A stretch of DNA of 32,000 nt. Source: Demequinaceae bacterium (GTDB lineage: Bacteria > Actinomycetota > Actinomycetes > Actinomycetales > Demequinaceae). The stretch is taken from NCBI GenBank assembly GCA_965250005.1, contig OZ252279.1, forward strand, positions 930,001 through 962,000, read 5' to 3'. Under the pieces are notes generated by a model. It was not told the DNA's origin, ran no database searches, and saw only the letters and a program-made list of their open reading frames with translations. Shown here one piece after another: positions 1-10,105 of this stretch (positions within the stretch are counted from its first letter, which is position 1; every line of letters begins with the position of its first letter). Both the position numbers and the translations under genes were made by a program.

Positions 1-303
1 GCGGGCCGTTCCGAACACGTCAGAGCCAGCGAGTGCATCGTCACTCACATGGACGGCGTGCTGAACGCCAAGCTGCAGCGCCTTGCGCACCGCGGCAACG
101 GCATCGGCACCGCCGACGGTCAGCGCGGTGACCTCGCCTCCTCCCTCGCCTGGGGCTTCGACTATCTGGAGTGCGGCCTCGACGGCGTTCTCATCCAGTT
201 CGTTCATGGAGCCGTCGTCCGCCGTGCGGGTGACGCGACCGTCCGTGAAGGACCGCTGGGACTGCAGGTCGGGCACGAATTTGACGCAAACGAGAATGTG
301 CAT
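1..303 (-). CDS. etfB: Electron transfer flavoprotein beta subunit (EtfB/FixA), N-terminal 101 codons; the rest lies beyond the window start
   Basis: Not in the ORF track because it runs off the edge. A reverse-strand ATG at 303-301 opens a frame that stays open to nt 1. Translation: MHILVCVKFVPDLQSQRSFTDGRVTRTADDGSMNELDENAVEAALQIVE...TVGGADAVAAVRKALQLGVQHAVHVSDDALAGSD. This shows the typical ETF-beta N-terminal pattern (VCVKxVPD, NxxDExAxEaAL, GxD..xxVxD). Confidence 0.8.
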   Translation of the reverse strand, partial: MHILVCVKFVPDLQSQRSFTDGRVTRTADDGSMNELDENAVEAALQIVEAPGEGGGEVTALTVGGADAVAAVRKALQLGVQHAVHVSDDALAGSDVFGTAR

Positions 304-374
304 GGCGTAACTCTACCGAGCCGTGGCGGCCTCCCCGCGCGCCCGGGACAATCGGGCCGCACCCATCCGGCACA

Positions 375-2519
375 ATGGACGCCGTGACTACCGTTCCCTC
401 TCCAGACCCGTTCCGGCTTGGATTTCACCTCGCCGACGGAGGAGCCACGATCGCCATCTACGCGCCATACGCTAATGGCCTCGAACTGTGCCTGTTTGAC
501 GACGCGGGCGCAGAGACCCGCGTCAGCCTCGCCGGTCCCACGGCTGGCATCTGGCATGCATTCGTCCCGGACGTCATGGCCGGCCAACTGTACGGCCTGC
601 GCGCGAGCGGCGAATGGGATCCCGCCGAGGGTCACCTTTTCAATCCGTCGAAACTGTTGCTCGACCCCTACGCGCGCGGCATCGAGGGAACGCTCGCCGG
701 CGAGTTGGACGACGGCTTTGAAGCGTTCCTGAGCCGGGACGACACCGCGGACTCCGCGCACGTAGTCCCGCGCGGCGTCCTGCTCGCGGATCCCGACCGC
801 GGCCTCGTCGCCCCCCGGCCGCGGGTGGCGTGGGAAGACACCGTCATCTACGAGGCGCACGTGCGCGGCCTCACCATGAATCTCCCGGACGTGCCTGAGG
901 ATATCCGCGGCACGTACGCGGCGCTCGGCCACGCCTCGACCATCGCGCATCTGACCGAACTGGGCGCTACCAGCCTGGAGTTGTTGCCTATCCACACCAG
1001 CGGCGACGAGCCTCACCTGGAACGCCTGGGCCTCACCAACTACTGGGGCTACAGCACGCTCGGCTTTTTCGCGCCGCACGCGGCCTACGCGTCGCAAGCC
1101 GCCCAGGAATCCGGCGCCCAGGGGGTCCTTGACGAACTGCGCGCGGCCGTTGACGCGCTTCACCGCGCGGGCATCGAGGTTCTGCTCGACGTTGTCTACA
1201 ACCACACCGCCGAGGGCGGCGAGGGAGGGCGTCACATCTCGTGGCGGGGACTGGCCAACCGCAGTTACTACCGACACGCGCCCGGCTCCCCCGGCACGCT
1301 CGATGACACGACAGGGACCGGGAACACGCTCGACTTCGGTCAGCCGCGCGTGGTCCAGATGGCGCTCGACTCGCTTCGCTATTGGATAGACGACGTGGGG
1401 GTGGACGGCTTCCGGTTCGACCTCGCCGCCACGCTCGGACGCAACGGCAACGGCTTCGACACCCAACATCCGTTCCTGGTCGCGCTCACTACTGATCCCA
1501 CGCTGTCGTCCACCAAGCTGATTGCGGAACCGTGGGACACGGGCGTAGGCGGCTGGCAGACGGGCAACTTTCCCGAGCCCATGGCGGAGTGGAATGACCG
1601 CTTCCGCGATCACTTGCGTTCCTTCTGGCTCACCGACGCGCGCCGCCTGATCGCACACAAGCCCGCCCGCGGTGTCCGCGAACTCGCCACGCGCCTGGCT
1701 GGCTCCTCCGATCTCTTTGGTGACGGCCACCCGCCGCTCGCGCGCGGCCCGATCGCGTCCATCAACTTCGTCACGTCTCACGACGGCTTCACACTGCACG
1801 ACCTCACAGCGTTTGACGGCAAGCACAACGAGGACAACGGCGAGGGCAACAGGGACGGCACGGACAACAACAACTCGTGGAACCACGGCGTCGAGGGAGA
1901 ATCGGACGACCCGGCCGTCCGCTCAGCCCGCGAACGCTCGTCGCGGAACCTTCTCGGCAGCCTCATCCTCGCCGCAGGCATCCCCATGATTACTGCCGGC
2001 GACGAGTTCGGCCGCACGCAGGGGGGCAACAACAACGCCTACTGCCACAACAGCAACGTTTCGTGGATCGACTGGGACCTGGACCACTGGCAGCACGACC
2101 TGCGCGCTACCACCCAGTACCTACTGCGCTTGCGCCGCGAAAGCCCGGTACTGAGGCCCACCACGTTCTACGAAGGCCGCGACCGCGACACCTCCCGCAG
2201 GGACGACCTCGCATGGTTCCAGGCAGACGGGACTCCGGCAACGGAGGCCTGGTGGCACGACACCTCAAAACGGGTGCTACAGATGATGCGATCGCTCGCT
2301 GAAGGCCCCGACGCGCTACTCGTTGTCAACGGCTTCGTGGACGACGCTGACGTCATCATCCCCGCAGACGCGGGACCTGAATGGCGGCTGATGTGGGACA
2401 GCGTCTGGCATCACCCCGGTGGCGATCCGGCGCAAGCGGCGCGCGCGGCGCAACTGTCTGCCCCCGGCTCCACGGCCCTCATGCCTGGCCTGTCAATGCG
2501 GCTGTACTTCAGCGCCTAG
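375..2519 (+). CDS. glgX: Glycogen debranching enzyme GlgX (GH13 isoamylase-type)
   Basis: 714-aa ORF starting at an ATG. GH13 catalytic motifs are present (VLLDVVYNHT, GFRFDLA, AEPWD, FVTSHDGFTL), along with the characteristic GNNNAYCHNSNVSWIDW segment of GlgX/TreX proteins. Confidence 0.9.
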   Translation: MDAVTTVPSPDPFRLGFHLADGGATIAIYAPYANGLELCLFDDAGAETRVSLAGPTAGIWHAFVPDVMAGQLYGLRASGEWDPAEGHLFNPSKLLLDPYARGIEGTLAGELDDGFEAFLSRDDTADSAHVVPRGVLLADPDRGLVAPRPRVAWEDTVIYEAHVRGLTMNLPDVPEDIRGTYAALGHASTIAHLTELGATSLELLPIHTSGDEPHLERLGLTNYWGYSTLGFFAPHAAYASQAAQESGAQGVLDELRAAVDALHRAGIEVLLDVVYNHTAEGGEGGRHISWRGLANRSYYRHAPGSPGTLDDTTGTGNTLDFGQPRVVQMALDSLRYWIDDVGVDGFRFDLAATLGRNGNGFDTQHPFLVALTTDPTLSSTKLIAEPWDTGVGGWQTGNFPEPMAEWNDRFRDHLRSFWLTDARRLIAHKPARGVRELATRLAGSSDLFGDGHPPLARGPIASINFVTSHDGFTLHDLTAFDGKHNEDNGEGNRDGTDNNNSWNHGVEGESDDPAVRSARERSSRNLLGSLILAAGIPMITAGDEFGRTQGGNNNAYCHNSNVSWIDWDLDHWQHDLRATTQYLLRLRRESPVLRPTTFYEGRDRDTSRRDDLAWFQADGTPATEAWWHDTSKRVLQMMRSLAEGPDALLVVNGFVDDADVIIPADAGPEWRLMWDSVWHHPGGDPAQAARAAQLSAPGSTALMPGLSMRLYFSA

Positions 2520-2539
2520 GCATTGCCCTTGGGCGCCTA

Positions 2540-3199
2540 TCAGCCCAGCTCGCCAGTCAACTCCTCGACCGCATCGTCCACGAGATCCCCGCCAATCTCG
2601 TCGATATTTGATAGGTGGCCTGCGATCGCGATCGCCGCAATGTCCGCGACGTCAGTAACGGAAGCCAGGTACGAAGCCTCCGCACCTGGCGCAACAAGCG
2701 GCATCGACAGCCTGCCCGCCTTGTCCGTTGTCGCGATCGCGTACTCGCCGTCCACGAGAGCCCAGCCGCCAGGCGTCTGCGTCAAGAAGATGACGCACGT
2801 ATCCGCCCCGCGCACAGCATCGTCAATTGATGGGCCTTGCCCCGATGCTCCAATGTCCACCGTGATGACTCCCGAGGCGCCTCCCACGATCGAACTACGG
2901 ATCTCAAACGTTGCGTAGTTGCGGTGCTCCCCCGCCGCGGCGTCGAACTCGCTGGTGGCGCCGGTGAACCAGCCGGCGACGATCGAGTCCGCACCCGTGA
3001 AAGCGTTGACGCCAAGCACGTACTCCACAACATTGTGTGGCGCGAGCGGATCGACGCTCGCCGCGTACCGCTGTTGCAGCATCTGGGAGTACTTACGCCA
3101 CGCTGCCGACTCCTCGTCCGCTGGGCCGCTCGTTGCGCACGCCGCGAGCCCCATTGCGGCCGCGATGGCCAGCGCTACCACCCGCATTGTCTGCGTCAT
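2540..3199 (-). CDS. Putative lipoprotein of unknown function
   Basis: 219-aa ORF. The N-terminus MTQTMRVVALAIAAAMGLAAC has a signal peptide plus lipobox (L-A-A-C). I recognise no other domain. It is convergent with glgX and divergent from glgE. Confidence 0.65.
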   Translation of the reverse strand: MTQTMRVVALAIAAAMGLAACATSGPADEESAAWRKYSQMLQQRYAASVDPLAPHNVVEYVLGVNAFTGADSIVAGWFTGATSEFDAAAGEHRNYATFEIRSSIVGGASGVITVDIGASGQGPSIDDAVRGADTCVIFLTQTPGGWALVDGEYAIATTDKAGRLSMPLVAPGAEASYLASVTDVADIAAIAIAGHLSNIDEIGGDLVDDAVEELTGELG

Positions 3200-3320
3200 C
3201 GCGACCTCCCTAGCGTTCCTCGCCAGGCTACGCCCCCCGCCAGCGCGGGTCGGTAGCGACCCGGCTATCCAGCGACCCCGCTACGCGGCATCCGATGTAC
3301 ACAGTTTCCCGCCGTGACGG

Positions 3321-3326
3321 TAATCT
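3321..3326 (+). promoter_or_regulatory. Candidate -10 hexamer TAATCT placed for a leaderless glgE transcript
   Basis: TAATCT (TANNNT) ends 6 nt before the glgE ATG at 3333. There is no purine-rich Shine-Dalgarno sequence in the intervening caagac. This spacing is typical of actinobacterial leaderless mRNAs. Confidence 0.3.
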
Positions 3327-3332
3327 CAAGAC

Positions 3333-5333
3333 ATGCCTCACTCTCGCGCAGAGTCGGTCGGGCGCATTCCCGTCGTTGCCGTCGGCCCCTCGCTAGAGGA
3401 AGGTCGATGGCCCGCTCGCGCCGTCGTGGGCGAGGCCGTGCCGCTGTTCGCCACGGTGTTCCGCGAAGGGCACGACGCCGTATCCGCAACCGCGATCATC
3501 ACCGGCCCGAATGGCAAGACCACTACGCTGCCCATGCCCTGCGAAGACTGGGGCAACAGCCGCTACGTCGCGCACTTCACACCCGCAACCGAAGGGGACT
3601 ACACGTTCAGCGTCGAAGGCTGGTCGGACCCGGTTGCCACGTGGGCACGCGTCGCCGAGGTCAAACTCCACGCCGGCGTTGACCAGACGCTCGTGCTCTC
3701 CGAGGGCGTCCACGTTCTCGAGCGTGCGAACGAGGAGGTCGACCGGACGCCCGCCCAACAGAAGCTCATATTCTCGGCCATCGCGTCTCTCCGCGACGCC
3801 ACCACCAAACCCGAGGATCGGCTCGCGAAAGCGCTGAGCGCCAAGGTAGGGCGCGAACTCAACCGGGCACCACTGCGCGACTTCGTGACCGTGTCGCGCG
3901 ACTACCCGTTGCGCGTGCAGCGTGAGCGCGCGCTGTTCAGCGCGTGGTACGAGATGTTCCCGCGTTCAGAGGGCGCCGTGCAGGACCCCAAGACCAAACG
4001 GTGGACGTCCGGCACGTTCGCCACGGCGGTCAAGCGCCTGCCTGCCATCGCGGGCATGGGCTTCGACACGATCTACCTCACTCCCATCCACCCCATCGGC
4101 ACTACCAATCGGAAGGGCCGCAATAACTCGCTCAAGACAGTCGCGGGTGACCCCGGCAGCCCGTACGCCGTCGGCTCCAAAGACGGTGGACACGACGCGA
4201 TCCACCCCGATCTGGGCACCATGGCGGACTTCAAGGAGTTCGTGGCGACGGCCAAGACGGGCGGCATGGAGGTCGCGCTCGACCTCGCTCTCCAGTGCTC
4301 CCCCGACCACCCGTGGGTGACCGATCACCCCGAGTGGTTCACCACCCTTGTGGATGGCAGCATCGCGTTTGCGGAGAACCCGCCCAAGAAGTACCAGGAC
4401 ATTTACCCGCTCAACTTCGACAACGACCCCGAGGGCATTTACACGGAAATTCGCCGCGTAGTACAAGTGTGGATCGACGCCGGGGTCACGGCGTTCCGCG
4501 TGGACAACCCGCACACCAAGCCGCTCGCGTTTTGGGAACGCCTACTGGCCGACGTCGCGGCCAACCACCCCGACGTCATCTTTCTCAGCGAGGCATTCAC
4601 GCTCCCCGCGATGATGCACACGCTCGCCAAGATCGGCTTCCATCAGTCGTACACGTACTTCACGTGGCGCCAGACGGCGACCGAGATGGCCGACTACCTC
4701 GCCGAGGTGCACGGCGATGCGTCCGCATACATGCGCCCCAATTTCTGGCCGACGACGCACGACATCCTCACCCCAGACCTGCAGGGAGCGGGAGCCGCCA
4801 TGTTCGAGGCGCGCGCCGTTCTCGCCGCGACGGGCAGCCCGTCCTGGGGCATCTACTCCGGCTATGAGCTGGTCGAGGACGTCTCGCGGCCTGGCGCAGA
4901 CGAGCAGATCGACAGCGAGAAATACGAGTTCAAGCCTCGTGACTGGTCCGCTGCCAAGAAGCACAGCATCGCGGCCCTACTGACGGCTCTCAACAAGGCG
5001 CGTCATGCACACCCGGCTCTCCAGCGGCTCGGCGGCCTCGCAGTCCACCAGACCGACAATCCCGCGGTAATGTGCTTCTCTAAGTTCCTCCCGGCGGACC
5101 AGTCGCCCACCGGCAAGGCGGACGCCGTCATCGTAGCCGTAAATATGAATCCCGTGAAGATGCAGGATGCGACTATCATCTTCGACCTGGCTGCCATTGG
5201 CCTGAGCGGGGGGGCGACCATCAGAGTGGATGACGCCATCACCAAGGAGAAGTACACCTGGGATGAGCAGATCTACGTGCAACTCGACCCGAAGGTGTCC
5301 ATCGCGCACGTTGCGGGAGTCGACCTCACATGA
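3333..5333 (+). CDS. glgE: Alpha-1,4-glucan:maltose-1-phosphate maltosyltransferase GlgE
   Basis: 666-aa ORF. It has the GlgE-type N-terminus (VGRIPVVAVGPSLEEGRWPARAVVGEAVPLFATVFREGHDAV) and GH13_3 core motifs (FDTIYLTPIHPIG, GSPYAVGS..GGHDAIHP, FRVDNPHTKP, FLSEAFT). Confidence 0.92.
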   Translation: MPHSRAESVGRIPVVAVGPSLEEGRWPARAVVGEAVPLFATVFREGHDAVSATAIITGPNGKTTTLPMPCEDWGNSRYVAHFTPATEGDYTFSVEGWSDPVATWARVAEVKLHAGVDQTLVLSEGVHVLERANEEVDRTPAQQKLIFSAIASLRDATTKPEDRLAKALSAKVGRELNRAPLRDFVTVSRDYPLRVQRERALFSAWYEMFPRSEGAVQDPKTKRWTSGTFATAVKRLPAIAGMGFDTIYLTPIHPIGTTNRKGRNNSLKTVAGDPGSPYAVGSKDGGHDAIHPDLGTMADFKEFVATAKTGGMEVALDLALQCSPDHPWVTDHPEWFTTLVDGSIAFAENPPKKYQDIYPLNFDNDPEGIYTEIRRVVQVWIDAGVTAFRVDNPHTKPLAFWERLLADVAANHPDVIFLSEAFTLPAMMHTLAKIGFHQSYTYFTWRQTATEMADYLAEVHGDASAYMRPNFWPTTHDILTPDLQGAGAAMFEARAVLAATGSPSWGIYSGYELVEDVSRPGADEQIDSEKYEFKPRDWSAAKKHSIAALLTALNKARHAHPALQRLGGLAVHQTDNPAVMCFSKFLPADQSPTGKADAVIVAVNMNPVKMQDATIIFDLAAIGLSGGATIRVDDAITKEKYTWDEQIYVQLDPKVSIAHVAGVDLT

Positions 5334-7015
5334 AGCACCTGTTGGACGCGTTGCCTAAGTCAGGGCGCGCCCTTGCTGACAACCCGCTGTGGTACCGCAA
5401 TGCCGTCTTCTACGAGGTGATGATTCGCTCGTTCAAGGACAGCGACGGCGACGGGGTCGGCGACATCCGTGGCCTCATAGACCAGCTGGACTACCTCGCG
5501 TGGCTAGGCGTGGACGCACTGTGGCTGCCGCCGTTCTTCCCGTCGCCCATGCGCGACGGCGGCTACGACGTGGCTGACTACCGCGGCGTGCATCCCATCT
5601 ACGGCTCGATGGAGGACTTCGACAATCTGATCACCGAGGTGCACAAGCGCGGCATGCGCGTCATCATCGACCTGGTCATGAACCATACGTCAGACCAGCA
5701 CGCGTGGTTCCAGGCCTCGCGCGAGGACCCGAAGGGGCTGTACGGGGACTACTATGTGTGGTCGGACACGGACAGCAAGTGGTCGGACGCGCGCATCATC
5801 TTCACGGACATTGAGGAGTCGAACTGGACCTGGGACAACGTCCGTCACCAGTACTTCTGGCACCGCTTCTACGGCCACCAGCCTGACCTCAACTTTGAGA
5901 ACCCCAAGGTCCAAGAAGAGATGTTCGACGTCGCCCGCTTCTGGCTGGCCAAGGGCATCGATGGGTTTCGCCTAGACGCGGTCCCGTACCTGTTCGAGGA
6001 CGACGGCAACGTGGGCGAGAACGACCCCCGCACGCACACGTTCCTCGCTCAACTGCGCGCCATGGTCGATTCTGAGTTTCCAGGCTCCGTGCTGCTCGCC
6101 GAGGCAAACCAGCCCCCCGCCGAGGCGGCCGAGTACTTCGGTACCGAGGAAGCGCCCGAGTGCCACATGGCCTTCCATTTTCCTGTGATGCCGCGAATAT
6201 TCCACGCCATCAAAGCCGAAGACGCCACCGCGCTGCGCGACGTGCTGCACGACACCCCCGTTCCACCGGCGAACGGCCAATGGAGTACGTTCTTGCGCAA
6301 CCACGACGAGGTCACGCTAGAGATGGTGGACCCCAAGGAGCGCGACCAGATGCTCGACTGGTACGCGCCCGACCCGGCAATGAAGGCACACACGGGCATC
6401 GCCCGCCGCCTCGCCCCCCTGTTCGACAACTCGCGCCAAGCGCTCGAAATCGCGCACGCACTGATCCTCTCGCTACCGGGCACCCCGTGCCTGTACTACG
6501 GAGACGAAATCGGCATGGGCGACAACGTTTGGCTGCCGGACCGCGACGCAGTGCGCACCCCCATGCAGTGGACCCCGGACCGCAACGCCGGCTTCAGCGA
6601 GGCCGACCCAGGTCAGCTCACTCTGCCCGTAGTGCAGTCGCTGCTTCACCACTACAACGCGGTGAACGTGGAGTCGAGCCTCATTCGGCCCACGTCGATG
6701 CTGTACTGGCTGCAGCGGATGATCGCTTCGCGCGCCGAGCACCCAGCGTTCTCGGACGGCGGCTACCAAGACGTGCCGTCTACCGAGCGCCAGGTTTTCT
6801 CGTTCCTGCGCACCCACCCGGACGAGTCCATCCTGGTCGCGATCAACTTCTCCACGCACCAGGCGTCCACGCTGCTGGACCTCCCGGACTACAAGAATGC
6901 AACCGTCCGGACCATCGTCTCCAGTACGCCATTCCAGAATGTAGGCGAAGATGGGAAACTGCGGCTCACTTTCGCGCCGCACTCGTTTTACTGGCTGGTG
7001 GTGACGCGTGCCTAG
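5330..7015 (+). CDS. treS: Trehalose synthase / maltose alpha-D-glucosyltransferase TreS (stand-alone, no fused maltokinase domain)
   Basis: 561-aa ORF. Motifs: [60 protein letters not shown]. The ATG overlaps the glgE stop (ATGA at 5330-5333). Confidence 0.92.
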   Translation: MKHLLDALPKSGRALADNPLWYRNAVFYEVMIRSFKDSDGDGVGDIRGLIDQLDYLAWLGVDALWLPPFFPSPMRDGGYDVADYRGVHPIYGSMEDFDNLITEVHKRGMRVIIDLVMNHTSDQHAWFQASREDPKGLYGDYYVWSDTDSKWSDARIIFTDIEESNWTWDNVRHQYFWHRFYGHQPDLNFENPKVQEEMFDVARFWLAKGIDGFRLDAVPYLFEDDGNVGENDPRTHTFLAQLRAMVDSEFPGSVLLAEANQPPAEAAEYFGTEEAPECHMAFHFPVMPRIFHAIKAEDATALRDVLHDTPVPPANGQWSTFLRNHDEVTLEMVDPKERDQMLDWYAPDPAMKAHTGIARRLAPLFDNSRQALEIAHALILSLPGTPCLYYGDEIGMGDNVWLPDRDAVRTPMQWTPDRNAGFSEADPGQLTLPVVQSLLHHYNAVNVESSLIRPTSMLYWLQRMIASRAEHPAFSDGGYQDVPSTERQVFSFLRTHPDESILVAINFSTHQASTLLDLPDYKNATVRTIVSSTPFQNVGEDGKLRLTFAPHSFYWLVVTRA

Positions 7016-9182
7016 GAAACTCGCAGCAGCGCTACTCGAGGAAGTGTCGGCGGGGACACACCACGAGCCGCATGCGGTGCTTGGCGCACACAAGGACGCC
7101 GACGGCGTGACAGTGCGGGTGCTGCGCCCACTCGCAAAGAAGGTCGCGATCGAGACGCTAACCGGCACATTTGAGGCCGCACACGAATACAAAGGCATTT
7201 GGGTCGCCGACATCCCGGGCGAAGAAGTCCCCGACTATCGGGTCCACGTGACGTACGACGGCGACCCCGTCGTCACTGACTGTCCCTACCGGTTTCTGCC
7301 CGCCGTCGGCGAGCTAGACCTCCATCTGATCCGCGAGGGTCGGCACGAGGCGCTCTGGGACGTGATGGGCGCCAACATGAAGAGCTACCCGTCCGCGCTG
7401 GGCGACGTCGAAGGCACCGCGTTCTCGGTATGGGCACCCAACGCGCGCGCCGTCCGCGTTGTGGGCGACTTCAACCTCTGGCAAGGCGTCACACATGCGA
7501 TGCGCTCGCTCGGATCGTCGGGCATCTGGGAGCTGTTCGTTCCTGGCGTGATGGCCGGTGAGCGCTACAAGTTCGAGGTGCTCGGCCGCGACGGCCACCG
7601 CCAACACAAGGCGGACCCGATGGCCCGCTCCACAGAGACGCCTCCCGACACCGCATCCGTGGTAGCACGCTCGCAGCACGAGTGGGCGGACGCCGAGTGG
7701 ATGAAGCGCCGAGCGGGAACCGAGCCGCACGCAGCGCCCATGAGCGTCTATGAGGTTCACCTGGGCTCGTGGCGACCAGGACTGACATACCGCGACCTCG
7801 CGCGCGAACTCACCGACTACGTGGTGGAACACGGCTTCACTCACGTCGAAATGATGCCCGTCATGGAGCACCCGTTCGGGGGCTCATGGGGGTATCAGGT
7901 GACGTCGTATTACGCGCCAACGGCGCGGTTCGGCACCCCTGACGACTTTCGCTTCCTGGTGGACGCCCTTCACCAGGCTGGCGTCGGCGTACTGCTGGAC
8001 TGGGTTCCCGGACACTTCCCCAAGGACGAATGGGCGCTCGCGCGATTCGACGGCACGCCCCTGTACGAGCACCCCGACCCGCTACGCGGCGAGCAGCCCG
8101 ACTGGGGTACGTTCGTCTTCGACTTCGGCCGCGCCGAGGTACGCAACTTCCTGGTGGCGAACGCCATCTACTGGCTTCAGGAATTCCATGCTGACGGCCT
8201 GCGCGTGGACGCCGTTGCGTCGATGCTCTACTTGGACTACTCGCGCAAGGCAGGCCAGTGGCGCCCCAACGTGCACGGCGGCCGCGAGAACCTAGACGCG
8301 ATCGCCTTCCTTCAGGAAGTAAACGCCACCGCATATCGCAACTGCCCGGGCATTGTCATGATTGCCGAGGAGTCCACCGCTTGGCCTGGCGTCACTCAGC
8401 CAACGGGCTCCAGTGGTCTCGGCTTTGGCCTCAAATGGAACATGGGCTGGATGAACGACACTCTGCGCTACCTGGCGGAGGAGCCCGTCAATCGCGAGCA
8501 TCACCACGACATGGCGACGTTTTCGATGATGTACGCCTTCTCCGAACAGTTCATGCTGCCCATCAGTCACGACGAGGTAGTCCACGGCAAGGGGTCGCTG
8601 TACGCGAAGATGCCCGGGGACCACTGGCAGAAGGCGGCTGGCGTGCGGGCTCTCATCGCGTACCAATGGACGCACCCCGGTAAGCAACTGCTGTTCATGG
8701 GATCCGAGTTCGCGCAGAGCGCTGAGTGGTCCGAGGGCCAGGGCTTGGACTGGTGGCACCTGGACGACGCAAAACACGCGGGCACCTTGCGAATGGTCAA
8801 GGACCTCAACGCGCTTTACAAGGCGTCTCCAGAGCTCTGGGAACTCGACGCCGACCCCGCGGGCTTCGAATGGATTGACGCCGACGACGCAGAGCACAAC
8901 GTGCTCGTGTACATGAGGCGCGGCCGATCGGGAGGCGTGGTTGCGGTGGCGGTGAACTTCGCGGGCACCCCACATGACGAATACCGACTCGCGCTGCCCT
9001 CCGGTGGCGCGTGGGATGAGGTATTCAACACGGACGCAGAGGTCTACGGCGGTTCCGGTGTGGGCAACCTCGGGCGAGTGCAGGCTGACAACGGCCCGCT
9101 ACGTCAGTTCGAGCACTCCGCCGAGGTGCGACTGCCCCCGCTCGGCGCCGTGGTATTCCGCCCCACCACCAACGAGGTCTAG
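7008..9182 (+). CDS. glgB: 1,4-alpha-glucan branching enzyme GlgB
   Basis: 724-aa ORF with a GTG start that overlaps the treS stop by 8 nt. Motifs: [95 protein letters not shown]. Confidence 0.95.
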   Translation: MPRKLAAALLEEVSAGTHHEPHAVLGAHKDADGVTVRVLRPLAKKVAIETLTGTFEAAHEYKGIWVADIPGEEVPDYRVHVTYDGDPVVTDCPYRFLPAVGELDLHLIREGRHEALWDVMGANMKSYPSALGDVEGTAFSVWAPNARAVRVVGDFNLWQGVTHAMRSLGSSGIWELFVPGVMAGERYKFEVLGRDGHRQHKADPMARSTETPPDTASVVARSQHEWADAEWMKRRAGTEPHAAPMSVYEVHLGSWRPGLTYRDLARELTDYVVEHGFTHVEMMPVMEHPFGGSWGYQVTSYYAPTARFGTPDDFRFLVDALHQAGVGVLLDWVPGHFPKDEWALARFDGTPLYEHPDPLRGEQPDWGTFVFDFGRAEVRNFLVANAIYWLQEFHADGLRVDAVASMLYLDYSRKAGQWRPNVHGGRENLDAIAFLQEVNATAYRNCPGIVMIAEESTAWPGVTQPTGSSGLGFGLKWNMGWMNDTLRYLAEEPVNREHHHDMATFSMMYAFSEQFMLPISHDEVVHGKGSLYAKMPGDHWQKAAGVRALIAYQWTHPGKQLLFMGSEFAQSAEWSEGQGLDWWHLDDAKHAGTLRMVKDLNALYKASPELWELDADPAGFEWIDADDAEHNVLVYMRRGRSGGVVAVAVNFAGTPHDEYRLALPSGGAWDEVFNTDAEVYGGSGVGNLGRVQADNGPLRQFEHSAEVRLPPLGAVVFRPTTNEV

Positions 9183-10105
9183 AACAACACCGCGGCAAGC
9201 GCGCGGCGCGCATCAACCACACGCGGGTCCGCGGCGCCAACGATCTCAAACAGGTCCACCAGGCGCAGCCGAACTGGCTCGCGAGCGTCCGCCGGAAGTG
9301 TGCGGATCAGGTCGACGAGCCGCACGAATGCATCTTCGACCTTGCCTCCGAGCACGTCTAGGTCGGCAACGGCCATCTGGACGCCGGGGTCCTCAGGCGC
9401 GTCGGCCGCAGCCTTTCGCGCCGCCTGGAGGTCTGCTCCCGCCGTGCGCTGCATGAGGCCCACCTGGGCTAGACCGGCACGCGCGTCGCTGTCTCGGGGG
9501 TTCTGGGTGATCGCACTCCTGTACGCAGCGGCGGCAGCGTCCAGATCGTTGCGTTCGATCGCGTCGAACGCCTCCTGATGGAGAGGCGGAAGCGGTGGGG
9601 GCGGGGGTGGCGCCGCATCCTCAGCCTTGGTCTCATCGCCCGTCGCAGTTCCGACGATGCCACTCTCAACTGCGATCGCCAATACCTGGTCGATGACTTC
9701 TACGAGTTGTTCGCGCGTCGCCGTTCCCTGAAACAGCGGTGCGGGACGGCCGGCAATGAGTGCGACGACCGCCGGCACAGCCTGCGCCTGAAACGCCTGC
9801 GCTACCGCCGGGTGGGCCTGCACATCGCAGTTGGCGAGGACGAAGCGGCCTGCGTACTCTCCCGCCATCTTCTCGATCAGCGCCGTGAGGTCGATGCTGG
9901 GCTGGCTCACGGCGGCGTGCAGGTTAACGATCACCGGGACCTGCGACGACCGTTCGGCGATCTCCTCGAAGTTCGCCTCCGTCATCTCCACAATCACAGC
10001 GCCGGAGGACGCTGCCGCCGTGCCAGCAGCGGTGGTCGCTCCACGCGCTGCGAGCGCGGACAGGTCAATACCGCCGCGAAGAGGGGCGGTGGGGTCTACT
10101 GTCAT
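9179..10105 (-). CDS. Thioredoxin-fold + TPR-like protein (YbbN/CnoX-like co-chaperone family); no CxxC active site
   Basis: 308-aa ORF. It has a thioredoxin-like N-domain ([28 protein letters not shown] where WCGPC would sit; [14 protein letters not shown]), a poly-Pro linker (PPPPPPLPP) and a helical TPR-like C-domain. There is an AAGGAAG RBS 4 nt upstream of the ATG, and the ATG overlaps the upstream stop (ATGA). It occupies the same position relative to glgB as Rv1324 in M. tuberculosis (from memory). Confidence 0.8.
   Translation of the reverse strand: MTVDPTAPLRGGIDLSALAARGATTAAGTAAASSGAVIVEMTEANFEEIAERSSQVPVIVNLHAAVSQPSIDLTALIEKMAGEYAGRFVLANCDVQAHPAVAQAFQAQAVPAVVALIAGRPAPLFQGTATREQLVEVIDQVLAIAVESGIVGTATGDETKAEDAAPPPPPPLPPLHQEAFDAIERNDLDAAAAAYRSAITQNPRDSDARAGLAQVGLMQRTAGADLQAARKAAADAPEDPGVQMAVADLDVLGGKVEDAFVRLVDLIRTLPADAREPVRLRLVDLFEIVGAADPRVVDARRALAAVLF

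Noticed and set aside
49-387. 112-aa plus-strand ORF at the left edge
   Set aside because: It is antisense to the etfB N-terminus, which has a clear family signature. It has no motif or RBS of its own.
204-1886. 560-aa ORF on the minus strand spanning most of glgX
   Set aside because: It is antisense to a CDS with unmistakable GH13/GlgX motifs. The translation is Arg/Val/Ala-rich low-complexity sequence, typical of shadow ORFs in high-GC DNA.
6160-7110. 316-aa alternative-frame plus-strand ORF inside treS
   Set aside because: It lies out of frame within a CDS with clear TreS motifs, and its translation is Arg/Pro/Ala-rich.
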